From positions 171,301-235,300 of the forward strand of contig NMRA01000517.1 in assembly GCA_002633005.1 (NCBI GenBank): DNA of 64,000 nt. Direction: 5' to 3'. Under the pieces are notes generated by a model. The model saw only the letters and a program-made list of their open reading frames with translations, was not told the origin of the DNA and did not search any database. Within the stretch, counting starts at the first letter, position 1, and every line of letters starts with the position of its first letter. The DNA comes from Phoronis australis (lineage: Eukaryota; Animalia; Phoronida). The translations under genes were made by a program, and so were the position numbers. This document shows, in pieces, positions 27,740 through 40,689 of this stretch.

Positions 27740-29100
27740 CAAATGCTAATTCAACTCTCAGAACGTGAGCACACTACAGAACAACATGCCCAAAATTTTG
27801 TGTGGGGCAGACAATTGGCGTTGCAACTGTATCTACTTGAATTATGTGTTATCTTTGCAGTCACACCGAATCATCTCCAGTATGCAATAGAGGCGAGTTG
27901 GATACCATGCAGATGGTAAGAGTGATTTATTTATGACATCTTTCTTCCATCCATAGTCCACTGGATCTAGAGCTAGTGACATTCCGCCACATGACTGACT
28001 GTTAGTGAGCTCTATTTACGTTCTCTCTAAATGCCTCTCTTGTCGATGACAGAGTACACAGTTTGGGGGCGGAAGTATAACCCTTGCTGTGTTCTTACCC
28101 ATACTGGTTAGTAGTCTTGTTCGTCACATCTTCCTGATTCTCGTCATTCCGTAACATGCACACATGCATTCTGTCACCTGTTTTATGACATCACAATAAT
28201 GCGCGTTAATAGTGCCGATGGCACACAGGTCATGTTCAGCCCTCTATATTTTAACGATGGATCCATCTCCACAGTAGCATACCACCGTGTTACACATCTA
28301 CAGCGCATAGGCAGGGAGGAGACCTTCACAATATCACTGCATGTTTACATTGTCAACTTAATGATTGTGGTATTTGAATCTGTTTCTTGTCATAGTAATG
28401 CACACGATGCACAAATACATTTGTGTCAGCTGGAACAACAAAAAATTTGCTAACTTCAAATGGAACATGTCACGTCTTGCTGCACAATAATGGAGCCGCC
28501 TTCTTCATGGGATGACTCCAGCAAATACCTGCTGCCAATGTCCTTGTATAATGTTAAGGGACAGGGATCTTCATCAGTGATTTCCTACTTGTGTTCCTTA
28601 CGTACTGAAGACATTGCCTGTCTAATGCTTATTGTTTCATCTATATTACATAGGCGGATTTGCCCCCCCCCCTTGGCTGCTGGAAAAAATAAAAGAGCAA
28701 GAGTGTGAGGAAATATTGAGTTTTTTAATTTACTTAACTAACCCCTGTAATTAACATGATTTTACAATGTCTGCAGTTTTAGATTGTGCGTGCGTAAGAA
28801 TCGGTTTGCCGTTTTTTTTTTGTTTTTTTTTTGTAGTCCGCACCCCTCACAAATTCGAGTCCACGCGAGCGTCCTTTGCCCTTCGCGCGCCGGGTTCCCC
28901 GAGACAAGATATTGTGGCCCCGCTTATGGTATCCTAGATCCGCCACTGTATAGATTGTTGGAGTAGCAGTTCTGTCACTGCTAATATTCCCTACTGGGCA
29001 TCTACATCAAGACATGTCTTACTTTCTTCTGTGTGATAGGTTTCAGTACAAGATTTCTCTTCATCTCTCCAAGGGTTGCTTCAAGCAACTTGTGCCCAGA
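27740..29100 (-). mobile_element. Decayed Academ (XPG/PIN-like nuclease plus Cys-rich C-terminus) transposon fragment
   Basis: Minus-strand translation across stops and frameshifts gives SSHEEGGSII (~HEEAD), ADTNVF (~DTDV), LLPAYAL*MCNTV (~HALxGCDT), LSSTREAFRENVNRAH*Q..W, DPVDYGW and ILEMIRCDC. Interrupted by a GGCGGAT...GATCCGCCACTG insert at about 28650-28948. Confidence 0.75.
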
Positions 29101-29373
29101 GCTTAAAGTGTAATTTGCAAGGTTCAAGCATGTTAAATTGCAATACTATCTTCAAGGTATTGTTATTTGGATGTATTTTATTCAAATTAGTGTATAATTG
29201 TATCTTTAGTTATTTTAAGAAAGCGAAAATAAAAATAAACGCGAAAAGTTGACCTTTGACACCGTGACATGGTGTTGGGAACACAAACTAGATCATATCC
29301 CACAATGCACTTCACCGCCATTATATCACAGTACACGACAAACAAAGACCTTCAATCTTGGCGTGTTTTAGCA

Positions 29374-29622
29374 ATGGTGCATCGGTGTGTGTGCGCTAAC
29401 TGTTCTAATATCACCCAGGTGGAAGGCGTGAGCCCATTTAAATTCCCAAAGGACAAGCATCTGGTCGCGTAATGGCACGTTTTCGTGTGCACTGCTCGTC
29501 TTTGGAAAATGACTGTCGAGTCAGCCTTCTGTCGGAGCCCGGCGAAATATGCTCCGACCATTTTAGGACGGCTGCTTCGACGACAAACACATCATGCAGG
29601 TTGAAGGTTGTCTCGTGAAAAG
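29374..29622 (+). pseudogene. THAP-domain exon of a decayed Kolobok-type transposase
   Basis: MVHRCVCANCSN...VSPFKFPKD...*WHVFV...(frameshift)EICSDHF, with an in-frame TAA at 29470-29472. Donor AG|GTAAGT at 29622/29623. Confidence 0.75.
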
Positions 29623-31662
29623 GTAAGTTACCTTTATAATTATGATGTCTAAGAATTCATGACGCTTTCGCAGTGCCTGAACAATAACGATCTTTATAAA
29701 GATCTTTTTTCACAATCACCATAGTTCTCAAGTGCTTAAAAATTTGTTGATTTTCAATGAAAGATTTAGTTATAAATGGATCAGTAAATTTAAAAACCAC
29801 AGCCAAGAAAGCTGATCTCAAAATATGCATGTATTTTGAAAAGAATGCAGACTATGAATAAAGTAAAACACGATGGTAACTCAATTCCAAGGTTTTGATT
29901 ATAAAGTAATCTGCTTCAAAATAAAAAACAGGACTAAAATCTAGTTTGGGCTTTTGCTTGAAGGTGATAAAAGTAGGAAAAAACTTGCAATTAGACGTCG
30001 TCGTGTTTTACTTTAATCATGGACTACTCGGGATTCAAAATGTTTTTTTTACTTTTGAATTGCTGCTGTTGTGCTTTTCAGAGTATGTGTATGAAGTAAG
30101 GGAAACACGTTGCACCCTTAGTGCGGAACAGAGAAGCTGGTGATCTTGAAAGTCGCTTAGAAATTGATTGCCCCTCCAATGCCGATTGCCGGTGCTCCAG
30201 ATGCGTCCAAGGAGGATGCCGTGGTACAGATGAGGATCCGTTGTCCAAATAAATTCAGACTGGCTGCTTTGTCAAATGGACAGCACTGGAATTACTTTCC
30301 GTCACATACTTGACAGTCGCTACCAATGTTTTAGATTAAACTTTTGAGGGTGGTACAGATAGCAATGCCAGAGTGTTTATTATAGTACCAGTACTGGAAA
30401 TTGTGAAAAAGGTTTTGTGCTATCCCATTTGTATAGATAAACACGGTGATATGCTATGATCTTATGTTGAAACCAGTGTAGGATTTAGAGGGGGGCATGG
30501 TCCCCCCTAAAATTCTCCTAGATTCCATTTGACAGTTCTGTGTGGAAATGCCTGACGGGCAAAATCATGGTTAATACTGTGTCCTGGCCCCCCTAACTCA
30601 AAATCCTGGATCTGCCCCTAGAAATATTTCAATCTTTCTTCAATAGAGTGACTATAAATATTGTTGCATAGCTTTTTAGGTATATTTGATTTGCACTAAA
30701 CTGTTGCTGTCCCATACAGTGCATGTTTGGGTCATCAGTCTTTTTTTGCCACGATATCATCCAAATTGTACGATTAATCAATTGCACAGAATTCGAACAT
30801 TTTCTTGAGAATTTTTGAGTGAGCGGTACTAGCACTCACTCCAGATTTCTCACTTCCTGCACATGTGTGTACTTTTTGTGTTTTTATACCACGTCGTAGA
30901 CATCTAAAACTATCGCATACTGGAGCTTTTGGGTTGAGATTTAGTGATTGCTGTGTTGTGTTAGTTGATATCTAATTGAATTACAATAGAACTCGCTAAG
31001 TTGGATCCAGTGAGGCAGATATTTAATCAAAGTCAGAGTTATTTGGAGGCGTTACTGCGGAATAAATGCTAACCTTTCTAAAGTTCCACTGAAGCACTAC
31101 CAATTTAAAGAGTTCTACTGTATAAGAAGAGGGCAGGAGATTCAGTCTCGACCTCAGACAATGGCCCAGATTCAAAACTTAATTTTTTATGTAACAGTCA
31201 TACTGTTCAATGTGTTCACTTCAAGCACCAAACTGGCCTCCAATGTGACCAATTCCTCTGTTTACCAAGCTAAACCATACGTTTAGCTGATGTTGAGTTT
31301 AGAGGTTTATAATGTCTGAATTACACTTGTCATGACCATGTTATTATATGTAACCAGGTTGATGAGCATCAATAAATGCTGCTCGCTGTGTCAATTATTT
31401 ACCATTCTGAGAGGCACAGAAGTCTATTCATGGAATGCCAACTTCCATTTCTTGCCACTGAGGTTGTGCTGCGATTGCATTCGATTGTTACGATGTTTGT
31501 TCTTTCTATGGAATTTGTCACTACAACGTTTTGCAACTTATCCGAATTACATAAGGCTAGTCCCTGAATCACAACATTTAATAATAAAATACATTGGTCA
31601 TGTGCAGGAGTTGGCATTACAGGGCTAAGACAACTGCTGATATCTATAAATGGATGAAACTA

Positions 31663-32070
31663 TTAAGAAAATTCATGGAACTCAAAATCCTCATTTCTTG
31701 GCTGAGGGTAGAAAGCACTGATGCAAACTACTGCGCATGCTGGAATGACACCGCAGACAATTCGTCCTAAGTGACCGTGTACCCATCTTTGTAACTGTCT
31801 GTTGGCCACGTGTCGCATCCGTTTATCCAAGGGCCTGTCATAACCATTAGGATATTGACTTTTATATTGCAGCCATGCAGTCTCCAAAACACCACGATTG
31901 ATGCATACAGATTTAAAACCCCCATGCGCATGCGCTACAATACATTTTTTCTTCTGTTTAAGTTATCATGCTTCATTTCTTCATCAAGTTTTGCAACAAC
32001 CATGTCGATCTCTTGACAACACACTCTTTCTTCAACTACTAGGGTTGTCTGACAGTCGCCAGAGGTGCAC
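31663..32070 (-). pseudogene. P2X7 cytoplasmic-ballast/Nanor-like (KolX) exon of a KolobokP-type element, frameshifted
   Basis: Acceptor TTTTGCAG|G, then (W)CTSGDCQ..EERVCCQEI..(frameshift)CIVAH..GFKSVCINRGVLETAW..RMRHVANRQLQRWVHGHLGRIVCGVIPACAVVCISAFYP. This fits WCxCGxC..CC..CIxxHxxFxxVC..RHxAYR..W..G.LG..PSC..IR..FP. Confidence 0.8.
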
Positions 32071-32936
32071 CTGCAAAATGTGTCAACAATAATACATTAC
32101 TTCACTAAACATCAAAATTTCGAATTGAAAAATTTACCAACAGCGCCTTAAGTTTGCCAAAATTAATTGAGGGGTCTGCATACGACTTCATTTTTCAAGA
32201 AAATTGATTGTTTAGAGTAAACCACACTTGAGCAGTGACCTGTTTACAACAGAATAAAAATCAAATCTGTTTCCAAAAAACAAACTTTGGAACATCGCAA
32301 CCTATTTACTTTTTAAACAAATATATAGTGGTACACCCAAGGCAGTAGTAGATCATGACCGGGGGATATATGTACGGGCATTAGCAGCCGATTTCATAAA
32401 TGTGGTTTACCAAAACTAGGTTTAAGACTTTCTAACCTGGTCTTCCTAAACCTGGTCTAATTTTAGACCTAACCTATGGCTAAGTATAGGCTCTCCCGCG
32501 ATATCCCAGGCGACCGGCAGTGGCGCTGCACACTACGACTCCGTTTCCGTCGTCTGCTCCACTGTGCAATGAAGAAAATTTACTTCATTTTTTAAAGAAA
32601 ATGGAACCTGAATGACGATGAAAAAACAGAAGCTGCTGGTCAGATGTGAATTTTAATCGAAGCCTTAATGAATCACTCAGAAACTCATAATTCTCTCTTT
32701 GTCAAACCTTAACTTAAGACGATTTTCAAAGCAATCCCGTCATTATTGCCAACACGAAAAACGGATTTGGTCTTTTGGGCATTTGAAGACTATTTTAAAT
32801 ACAACAAATTTGTTAAGAACCGATTGCACAAAATATAAAACTTGTAATAATCATAACGAACAGAAGTTGGTTTCGCGCGCAAACGCTGTGGACCATAAAA
32901 AAGTAGGTTTCTCAGTACATGATTAGCAGTTAAATC

Positions 32937-33000
32937 GTGGTGGTGTAGTGGTAAAGCACGCGCGCCCTATCCGCCAGGTTGTGAGTTCGAGTCTGTGGTA
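32937..33000 (+). mobile_element. tRNA-derived head (SINE-like)
   Basis: TGGTGTAGTGGTAAAG (identical to the 18312-18381 head) plus B-box-like GAGTTCGAGTC. Confidence 0.5.
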
Positions 33001-33692
33001 CTTGCAGCTTTCCCTGTTTGACACGTTCTCCGTGTTTTTTTTTTCCTTTTTTTCTTGGATAATACTTCAGGAATCAAGGAAAATGCTTAATTTTTAGAGG
33101 AAAAAACAGAAAATTTTCCTGGGCGGGAGGGGGGTTTGCCCATTCGGTGCTGTGCGCATGTACAATCGTGGTTTACGCAAATGCTTACAGCCGGACAAAA
33201 TGTTGCCCCCCCCCCTTGTGATATCCTAGATCCGCCACTGCAATTTATTGATTTAGTGCCAAAAATAACGGCAATTTGCCAAAATGACATTCAAATCACC
33301 TTCGGCTGAAGCGATGCCTCGGTCAACGTAACTTTTCTCCTATAATTAGAAGACACTAGCCTAAACCTCTACGTGCCCTTCCTAAAAGTGTTACGCTTTG
33401 AAGTCATGTCTCTGTTTTCACATTGGAAGTAAAAAAACGAAAATTCATCAAATTTACTCACCTTGCCTGGCTTCTCTTCTCGCGCCAAATTTCGTTCCCG
33501 ATCGCCTTCCGGTCGTTCTCGATCGCGGGTTGGCCGAGGTGTATTGCAAAGCTTCAAGTGCTGTGTCCAATTGAGGCCGGGTGTCCAGTGGAAGACCGGC
33601 AGATCTCTATCCGAGTCTGCCACATTGTCCTTAAATGACGTTGTATGAATGAAAACGCATAACGGAGAGAAAAATCACACACACGAACGCGC

Positions 33693-33693
<1 letters not shown>

Positions 33694-33729
<36 letters not shown>

Positions 33730-33733
33730 TGCA
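33694..33733. repeat. (GCAC)n microsatellite
   Basis: Direct reading. Confidence 0.95.
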
Positions 33734-35018
33734 CACACATTAAATGTTGCACCTCATGTTCACGCCCATGACTTTTCTGTATTAGTTGAAGACAGCCGTG
33801 TTCAAGATGTTTTGCTGAAAGCTGCCCACGTACACACGAAATATTCAGGGTGTCCCATCGAAACAGGAACCCCAGTGTATAATATTCCGGAGTCGAAAAC
33901 AAACATCATTTCCCGAGAGATTTCTTAGAATTTTAGGAAATGTCGCTTGTGCATGCCACGGGCGTACTGTTTTCAAAACGAGACGTTTATTTAAAAGGCG
34001 GAGAATTATTAGAAAATGATGTTTATTAGATTGTGTTTTTTTTCACTTAAACGGCTGAGGGTAATTGTTTTCAATATCACGACATTGGCCTAAAACATAA
34101 TTTTGGTATCGTTGGATTCCTCGCATTGCTAACATTCCAAAAATACACGAAATTGTCTCCTGCCCCGTCTACTATTCAGAATCGACGATGCTGTTTCATT
34201 TATTAGCAACAGGTATTGCTGTAAGTTGAGTTGACCAATCATGGCAGTACCAACCGAGAGATACATGTAGTGCGCACAGAAATTTGACGCCAAAAAGTGA
34301 GCGGAAACGCGGTAGGGGACACATGCATACATTTTTGGAATGAGAACGATGGGCTGGAATAGAGGTGAATGTCGTCATATTGTAAACAGTTACCAAGGTA
34401 AGTATCATTTGACTCAGATTTTGCATGCGGTAGGTAGAGCACAGGTTTGATATTCGCGTTTATTAGCGTTGCTTTGTGTTTATTTAATGAATGACTTTTT
34501 AAAGGACGTTTGTGTGTTTAGTCAAATGCCTAAAAAATCGTAGATTCTAAATCACCATATATTTTTTAAACGTAGGCTTTTAGAATGTGATTTATTGAAT
34601 TTTCATCAGTCTGCCATTAATTGGGTCATGTGGTCAGGTATTTTATTATAATTTAGCAACAAAGAAAGATACATTGATAGCAATAATCGGAATCAATAAC
34701 ATAACTGAATTCCATGTGATATAAGTGATCAAGAAAAAAACTAAAAAACGTCGTTAAATTTTTCTTAATTAGGCATATTATTTCGTTTTCGCTTTATCTA
34801 ACTTTTTTGTGAACACCAGAGAAGTCGTATAAGTTGATATCTTCTCAGAATTGTAAAAACAATTCCTCATTGTGTTTTGGAGAGCAGTGCCTACAACAAA
34901 GTATCAGAAAGTTTCGAATTATCGATCAGCTGTTACCGAGATATGATGTTCCCAAAGTAGTCAGATTTAGACATTAGTGTGATCCTATTATTCTGTGCTT
35001 GAAAACATGGTCAGTTTC

Positions 35019-35180
35019 GTGGCTAGATGTCTAATGGGGGTCTTGATGACCTCAGTGGCCGGATGTCTAATGGGGGTCTTGATGACCTCAGTGGCTGGAT
35101 GTCTAATGACCGTCTTGATGACCTCAGTGGCCGGATGTCTAATGACCGTCTTGATGACCTCAGTGGCCGGATGTCTAATG
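35019..35180. repeat. 36-bp minisatellite x4.5, ending at an N
   Basis: GGATGTCTAATG(GGG/ACC)GTCTTGATGACCTCAGTGGCC. Explains the IRHPATEVIKT ORF. Confidence 0.95.
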
Positions 35181-38056
35181 NACTTCGCTAAGTGGCCAGG
35201 GTGTGCAAAAGTTGAATAGTTCTTAAAACATTGATTGCAATGTTGAAAAATGACCTCAGATTCAATCACTCATAATCGCAATTCTTGAATCTAAAACGTC
35301 TCATTTTCAAACAGGGACAGCATCTGGGGCACGGAGATAATTTATTTGATTTCTGGGTTGCGGCGACTTACGAGCGGCTTCAAATCTGGGAAGAATGGAT
35401 GTGACATTCCGTTTTGGTGAAGACTGGCAGGGATAGGGTAACCTACTACATTTAGTTCCGACCCGACCATGGGTATGTTTCCGATTCGGTGGCTGAGGTT
35501 GAAGCATCGCGGATAAACTTTTCAGTCCCGCTAGGGTGAAATGATGCAATCTTGACATGGATTTGGTGAATGTATCGTGGTTAATAATTCATTAATATTC
35601 TTACTTCATGTTCTGTGCAAAATATAAGTTCGCTTTCTTTTTTCTGTATTCACAATAAATGCTTTGGTGTCCACTTTCGCATGCGCAAGAAACCCAGAAA
35701 TTTAAAGTGTATTAATACCGGGACGTTGTTGTCGTTGAACTAGGTGCTTCTTTGCGTCTAAGTCAAAAGATGTATTTTTGCATATTGAAGCATAAAAATT
35801 ACACCTCAGTCCGAAATTTCCTACATTTTTGAGGTAGTGAACCTTCGGAGTAGTGAACACGTTTGAGTAATGTCTTCGGAGTAGTGGGTTGTTCTCATTT
35901 CCAACGCTATGTCATGAGCCTGACTAAAATTCCAAGTCATTCTGTGACTAAATGTTTCCGTCCCGAGTATTTGATGGAGTATGATAATGATTCAATTTTA
36001 AAACCACGCATGGTTCGAAAGTTTGGCAGAGGATAACGCTCAGTATTCCGGAAATAAAAAACTTTGTGGACCACAATAGGCCTACATCCAAATTTGGGTC
36101 CCGTTTTTGCTAGAAAACATCATGGCATCCTCATTTCTGGGATTAGGCTTACGAATTTCGTCTCATCTCAAGAAAATGGAGCGTCAAGATCTAGTCATCG
36201 TCGTGTACACGGATTACCCTTCTGCCGGGTTTAGCTGCGAAAGGGCGCTACCGAGGAAATGGCCGACGCTTGCGAAATATGATCAAAAGGCCCACCGCTT
36301 TAGAAATCCGAACCAACGCCCGCTCAATGTTGGCTACAGTGCCTCCCGTTCATTAACGCGAGGACCTCGCTAAAAAGAACACGTTGCGTGGTTAGGCGAG
36401 ATATTGTTGTGTTTTTTAAATGAGAACTCGTGACTTGGGCTAAATTTTAGCTAGGTACTAGCGTAGGCCCGCGGGGTGGGGGGTTATTAGTTGTTTCCCC
36501 GTTGTGGGTCATTGTATACTCTTAGATTTCCAGTGTCTAGACAGATACCCGGATGAACTAGTTCATAAGACAAATGGTGGAGGGAAAACATCTCCTATGT
36601 CTCTTCAGACATTCGCACCCCCGAATTGCCAAAAGGAACCTGGGGGGAATTTTAGGGGGGCATGGCCCTTTTGGATCCCCATCTAAATCCGCTACTGGAT
36701 GGCACCCAACAACCGGGGTACGGCGCCACGTTACGTGGTACGCCGACACGCCTTCACTAGCACTTGTCCTCCCCTTACTTCATGTCTGGCATTGAAGTTT
36801 TTAGATTTCAAGGCACAGCTCAAGCTAAAAGAAACTTCGCTGACATGCGGTGAATTGCGAATTAACCTGTTCTGTAATGTTCATGTGTTTGACCATGAAA
36901 ATACAAAACTTTCGAGCTGATTGTAAGAAAAACAGGACATTAATAGTGTAATGGACGTCTTCACTATGAAATGAACAATTGGAGCAGTTTCATTCTCGAC
37001 TCAACTAGAACTGAATTTGCAGATACATGTAGTTTTCTACTTCTTTCCAGAAGAAAACTTTAGACAACTGAAGAAAACATAGCGATTGCTAAAACAATTT
37101 GACCAAAACCCTTGAATCAACAAGTTCGTGTGAAACGCATGGTCAGTCCTCAATGCTCAGCTGCAGCGACGAAAGACGATGTAAACTAGATCAGGGTCAC
37201 GTGGTTTGACTGCCACGTAGGGTATGGTGCAACCGCCGAAGTAATGTCACGGGAATACCGGGCGTTCATTGCAAGCCAATGATAACAACACAATGAGGTT
37301 GCTTTGGTTTTGCAAACTATGTCTGTAAAGAAAATCGTTTTTGACACCTGAATTAAGGCATTAATGCTGCAAACACTTTAGCAGAATATACGCTTCGTAA
37401 GCTCATTCAAAATGTTTGTCTGCCGGACTGAGCAGGAAATTGTAATTGTGTGCGATGTTGGGAGATACTTACAGTATGAGGTTTCAAAACTGGGACCAAC
37501 CGTACTGTCTTTGCAAAACAAAAACGTCCAAACGAAATTACAAAGCAGTAAAACCGAAAATGTTGGTCAAATTACTTTTTAATACCCTCAACTAAAGTAA
37601 AATTACCACTGAGTTGAGAACCATTCCTTCTCCGTCTCTCCGTCTCAGTCCCCTTGTATTCAGTACATATTTTTGTATACAATTTTCTAAATTTTCAATG
37701 GCTCTCATTTAAGACCTTTATTAAATTTGTAAGTTTTAGGAAAGTCTCCCAGTATTCGTCGGACCAAAATCCAATCCTTGAAACAAGAATCGTCGCCAGA
37801 AATTTGAACGAGGTCAGAAAGAATCTATTCCCACAAGGTGACGCTGGTGATCGGAAATCGTGAACTTCGGTCCGCTGCTGTTTTCTCTTGCACAGACCCT
37901 CTTCATTCGATATCCGTGATGTCAGAGTCAGCCTGAGTGTGAGGCCCGGGAACCAGATTACTGTTTCCCTCGGGCTCTACGTACGCTCTCTGATTGATTG
38001 CGTAATCACTGCTATAGAAGAGATTAGTCTTGTGTTGCAGGGTGTGGGAGACGACC

Positions 38057-38101
38057 ATGGAGAGAGAAAGGAAACTTGTATTTTACGTAAACGGAGTTAA
38101 G
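38057..38101 (+). CDS. XDH: XDH/AOX family, coding exon 1 (MERERKLVFYVNGVK)
   Basis: Kozak-like ACCATGG. LVFYVNG resembles the XDH N-terminus LVFFVNG. Phase-0 donor AAG|GTAAC. Confidence 0.88.
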
Positions 38102-40288
38102 GTAACACATTGAAATTTTGTCAGATCTGCACTGAAGCAGTTGATTGTACCTGAGAGAGTCTACGGGTCTGTCTATGTAGTGTACTCATGCGGGTGTACC
38201 GCATAAGTTAGTCAGTCTGTCGGTGTACCCAAGCCGGTGTACCGCATAGGGCTGTCTGTCTGTGGTGCGCCCAAGCGAGTGTACCACGTAACTTTGTCCA
38301 ATTGATTTAGGTTTGAGGTAAAAAACACATTACGAACTTGCATGGACGTGCTTGATAACGTTGTGGATATACATGTAGATGAGACAGGCAGTACAAGCCT
38401 CAGTGGTTACGTAAAACGGGCTAATCTGACAGTAACCCTTGGACATTGAGTAATATACAGCGGGAACAGGCTAGATCACAGAGTCATGAACTTTACAAAC
38501 GGCACCGTCACAAGGCCAAAATACCCTGATTGGTTCTGGCCTTCACCGACACATTTTGAAACATGCTCCTCATGGCTGGCACCAGGTGATGTTGCGTAAC
38601 TGAACAAAAAATGATCCCGCCCCGTATTGGGACGCTGGGGGTAAAAAGTAAAATCTCTACTTAGTTCAGCTATCATGTGACTTTGTCAGGCTTTATGGAA
38701 CATGGACAACTATATGAATATCGCACAACAAACCGATTTTCAAGAAAAGGCACAGATTAGAACCAACTACACTTTTTTGGCCTGAAACCGACGAGAGCCA
38801 ATTGTCAACCAATAATACAGTNTTGACCTTAGTGTCACTGTAACCTCAAATAACAATTCTTTTTCATGTTTTGCGATTTTCAATGTGAAAAATCCGCCTG
38901 TAGATGAAACAATATTCTAATCAATAAATTCTCAAAAACATTTAAAAATCAAATTAAATGCATGTTTTCCGAATCAAACGTAATTACGACAGCCTTCTTA
39001 TTTTTCCGTCAGGTGTCACAGTTCGGTGGTCTGCAAAAACGTACACACATCTACGTAACTCGTTTGACCATCCGACTCCCCAATGGGTGTCTTTTCAAAC
39101 AAAATATGAAATACCGGTAACTTTGAGAAATTAACTATTACCAAGTTTTTTGTTATTAGATGTGAACAAAAGTTGCGTTTGTAAAAAGATAAATGGTGTT
39201 ACGCAATTTTCGAACACCTTAGCAAGAGAACTTTGGTGAAAATTGTCTTTAAAATGGATGCTAAAAATGTTAGTAACGCATGAGGATTTCAATTCTAATA
39301 TCTAGTAGTAGTAATGGCAGTGACTGTGTGGTAACAACATGACAACAATAAGTGCACGTTTTGTTTAAGTAATCGCAAATCGCGACTGTTTTTTCTAATC
39401 CTTCTGAGATAAGGTGGTGCTAAGGTGAGCTCCGTGCCACTTTTAAGTTACCACGACTTTACAATGTAATTAAAGGTAACGCTAAGATGGCGTTAGCGGA
39501 TTTATGTGTATCGTTATTGGTAAACTTAAGGTGACCTTATAAGGTGGCTTCGAGGTAGTCAGCCCAGGTCTTTACCACCACTCACTTTGAGATCGGCGTC
39601 CACCGACTAAAAACGTCCACCCGTATCAATTTCAGCAAAGGTTTCGTGTTTTTTATTTGTTAAAAAGCTGTACAAAGACTTATAGACAAGGATAAGTAAG
39701 ACTTAAAACGCCAAGACTTTCTGAGTTCTGAGTAAAAAAACAAATCCCGCACCATTTTCAACGGCCTCTGATTTTTTGCAGGCTCTCCGTCGTTCACAAT
39801 TGTCTCTCTTCAATACAGGTTCTCCTATACACGAGAGGCTGTGGCCCAAATCTATCAGAACACTTCTATCACTCGATCCTCTTCAGTGTAGGTTCTCATA
39901 TGCATTGGAAGGTATTCGCTACATCACTATCACAGCTATTCCTTCTGAAGACAATGTAATTGTCAGAGAATAATAAACTGAACTTGATATTGTCATGAAG
40001 GCATGTTGCCATAGGCCTACCAATCAGAACGGGTGCTTTGGATGTCGTTCGGAAACTCTCATCTTTCTTACTAACTTGAAATCTCACGTTTAAATTCAGA
40101 AATCATAGGATACGGTACTCTATTAGAGGTATTTTGAAATAATGTTGATTGTAAGTTCAAAACAGATAAACACGGACGTATGTGTAATCCAGCCAACAAG
40201 GTCTTATTCGTCTTCAAGACTAACCAACTGTCCTACAATGAAATATAATATGTTTTGATGCCAACATTCTTCAATTATTTTGTTTCAG

Positions 40289-40346
40289 GTTACTACAATT
40301 GACTTTGAACCGGAAGAAAGCTTAGCAAAGTACTTGAGGAAAAATT
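40289..40346 (+). CDS. XDH: XDH/AOX coding exon 2 (VTTIDFEPEESLAKYLRKN-L), 58 nt
   Basis: Acceptor TGTTTCAG. Resembles XDH DPETTLLAYLRRKL. Followed by U12-type donor GTATCCTTT. Phases join exons 1 and 3 in frame. Confidence 0.9.
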
Positions 40347-40689
40347 GTATCCTTTGCTAAACAGATGTTTTGAATAAATTATAAGTATTTTCCCTGCAGA
40401 TGGAGCCGCTGGGCGATGTATTGTAAGCTAACCACAAAACCTCTTACGTGTTACAAGATTTTGGTTGCATGAAAACCTAGTCTAGTTGAAGATATTTGTG
40501 CATGATGGATTCCGTTTAATTTCGCGATTTTAATTTTTTTTTATTGAATACGAAGTTTTCTGACTATTTCCAAGCCTCGTTATATATTATTTGCGTTTTA
40601 AAAAATTGTAGTCAGGGTAAATCGATGTGTGTTATGAGTCATTCAGTACGAGGATAATATGCAAAATATTATGAGTCATTACTGTACTT

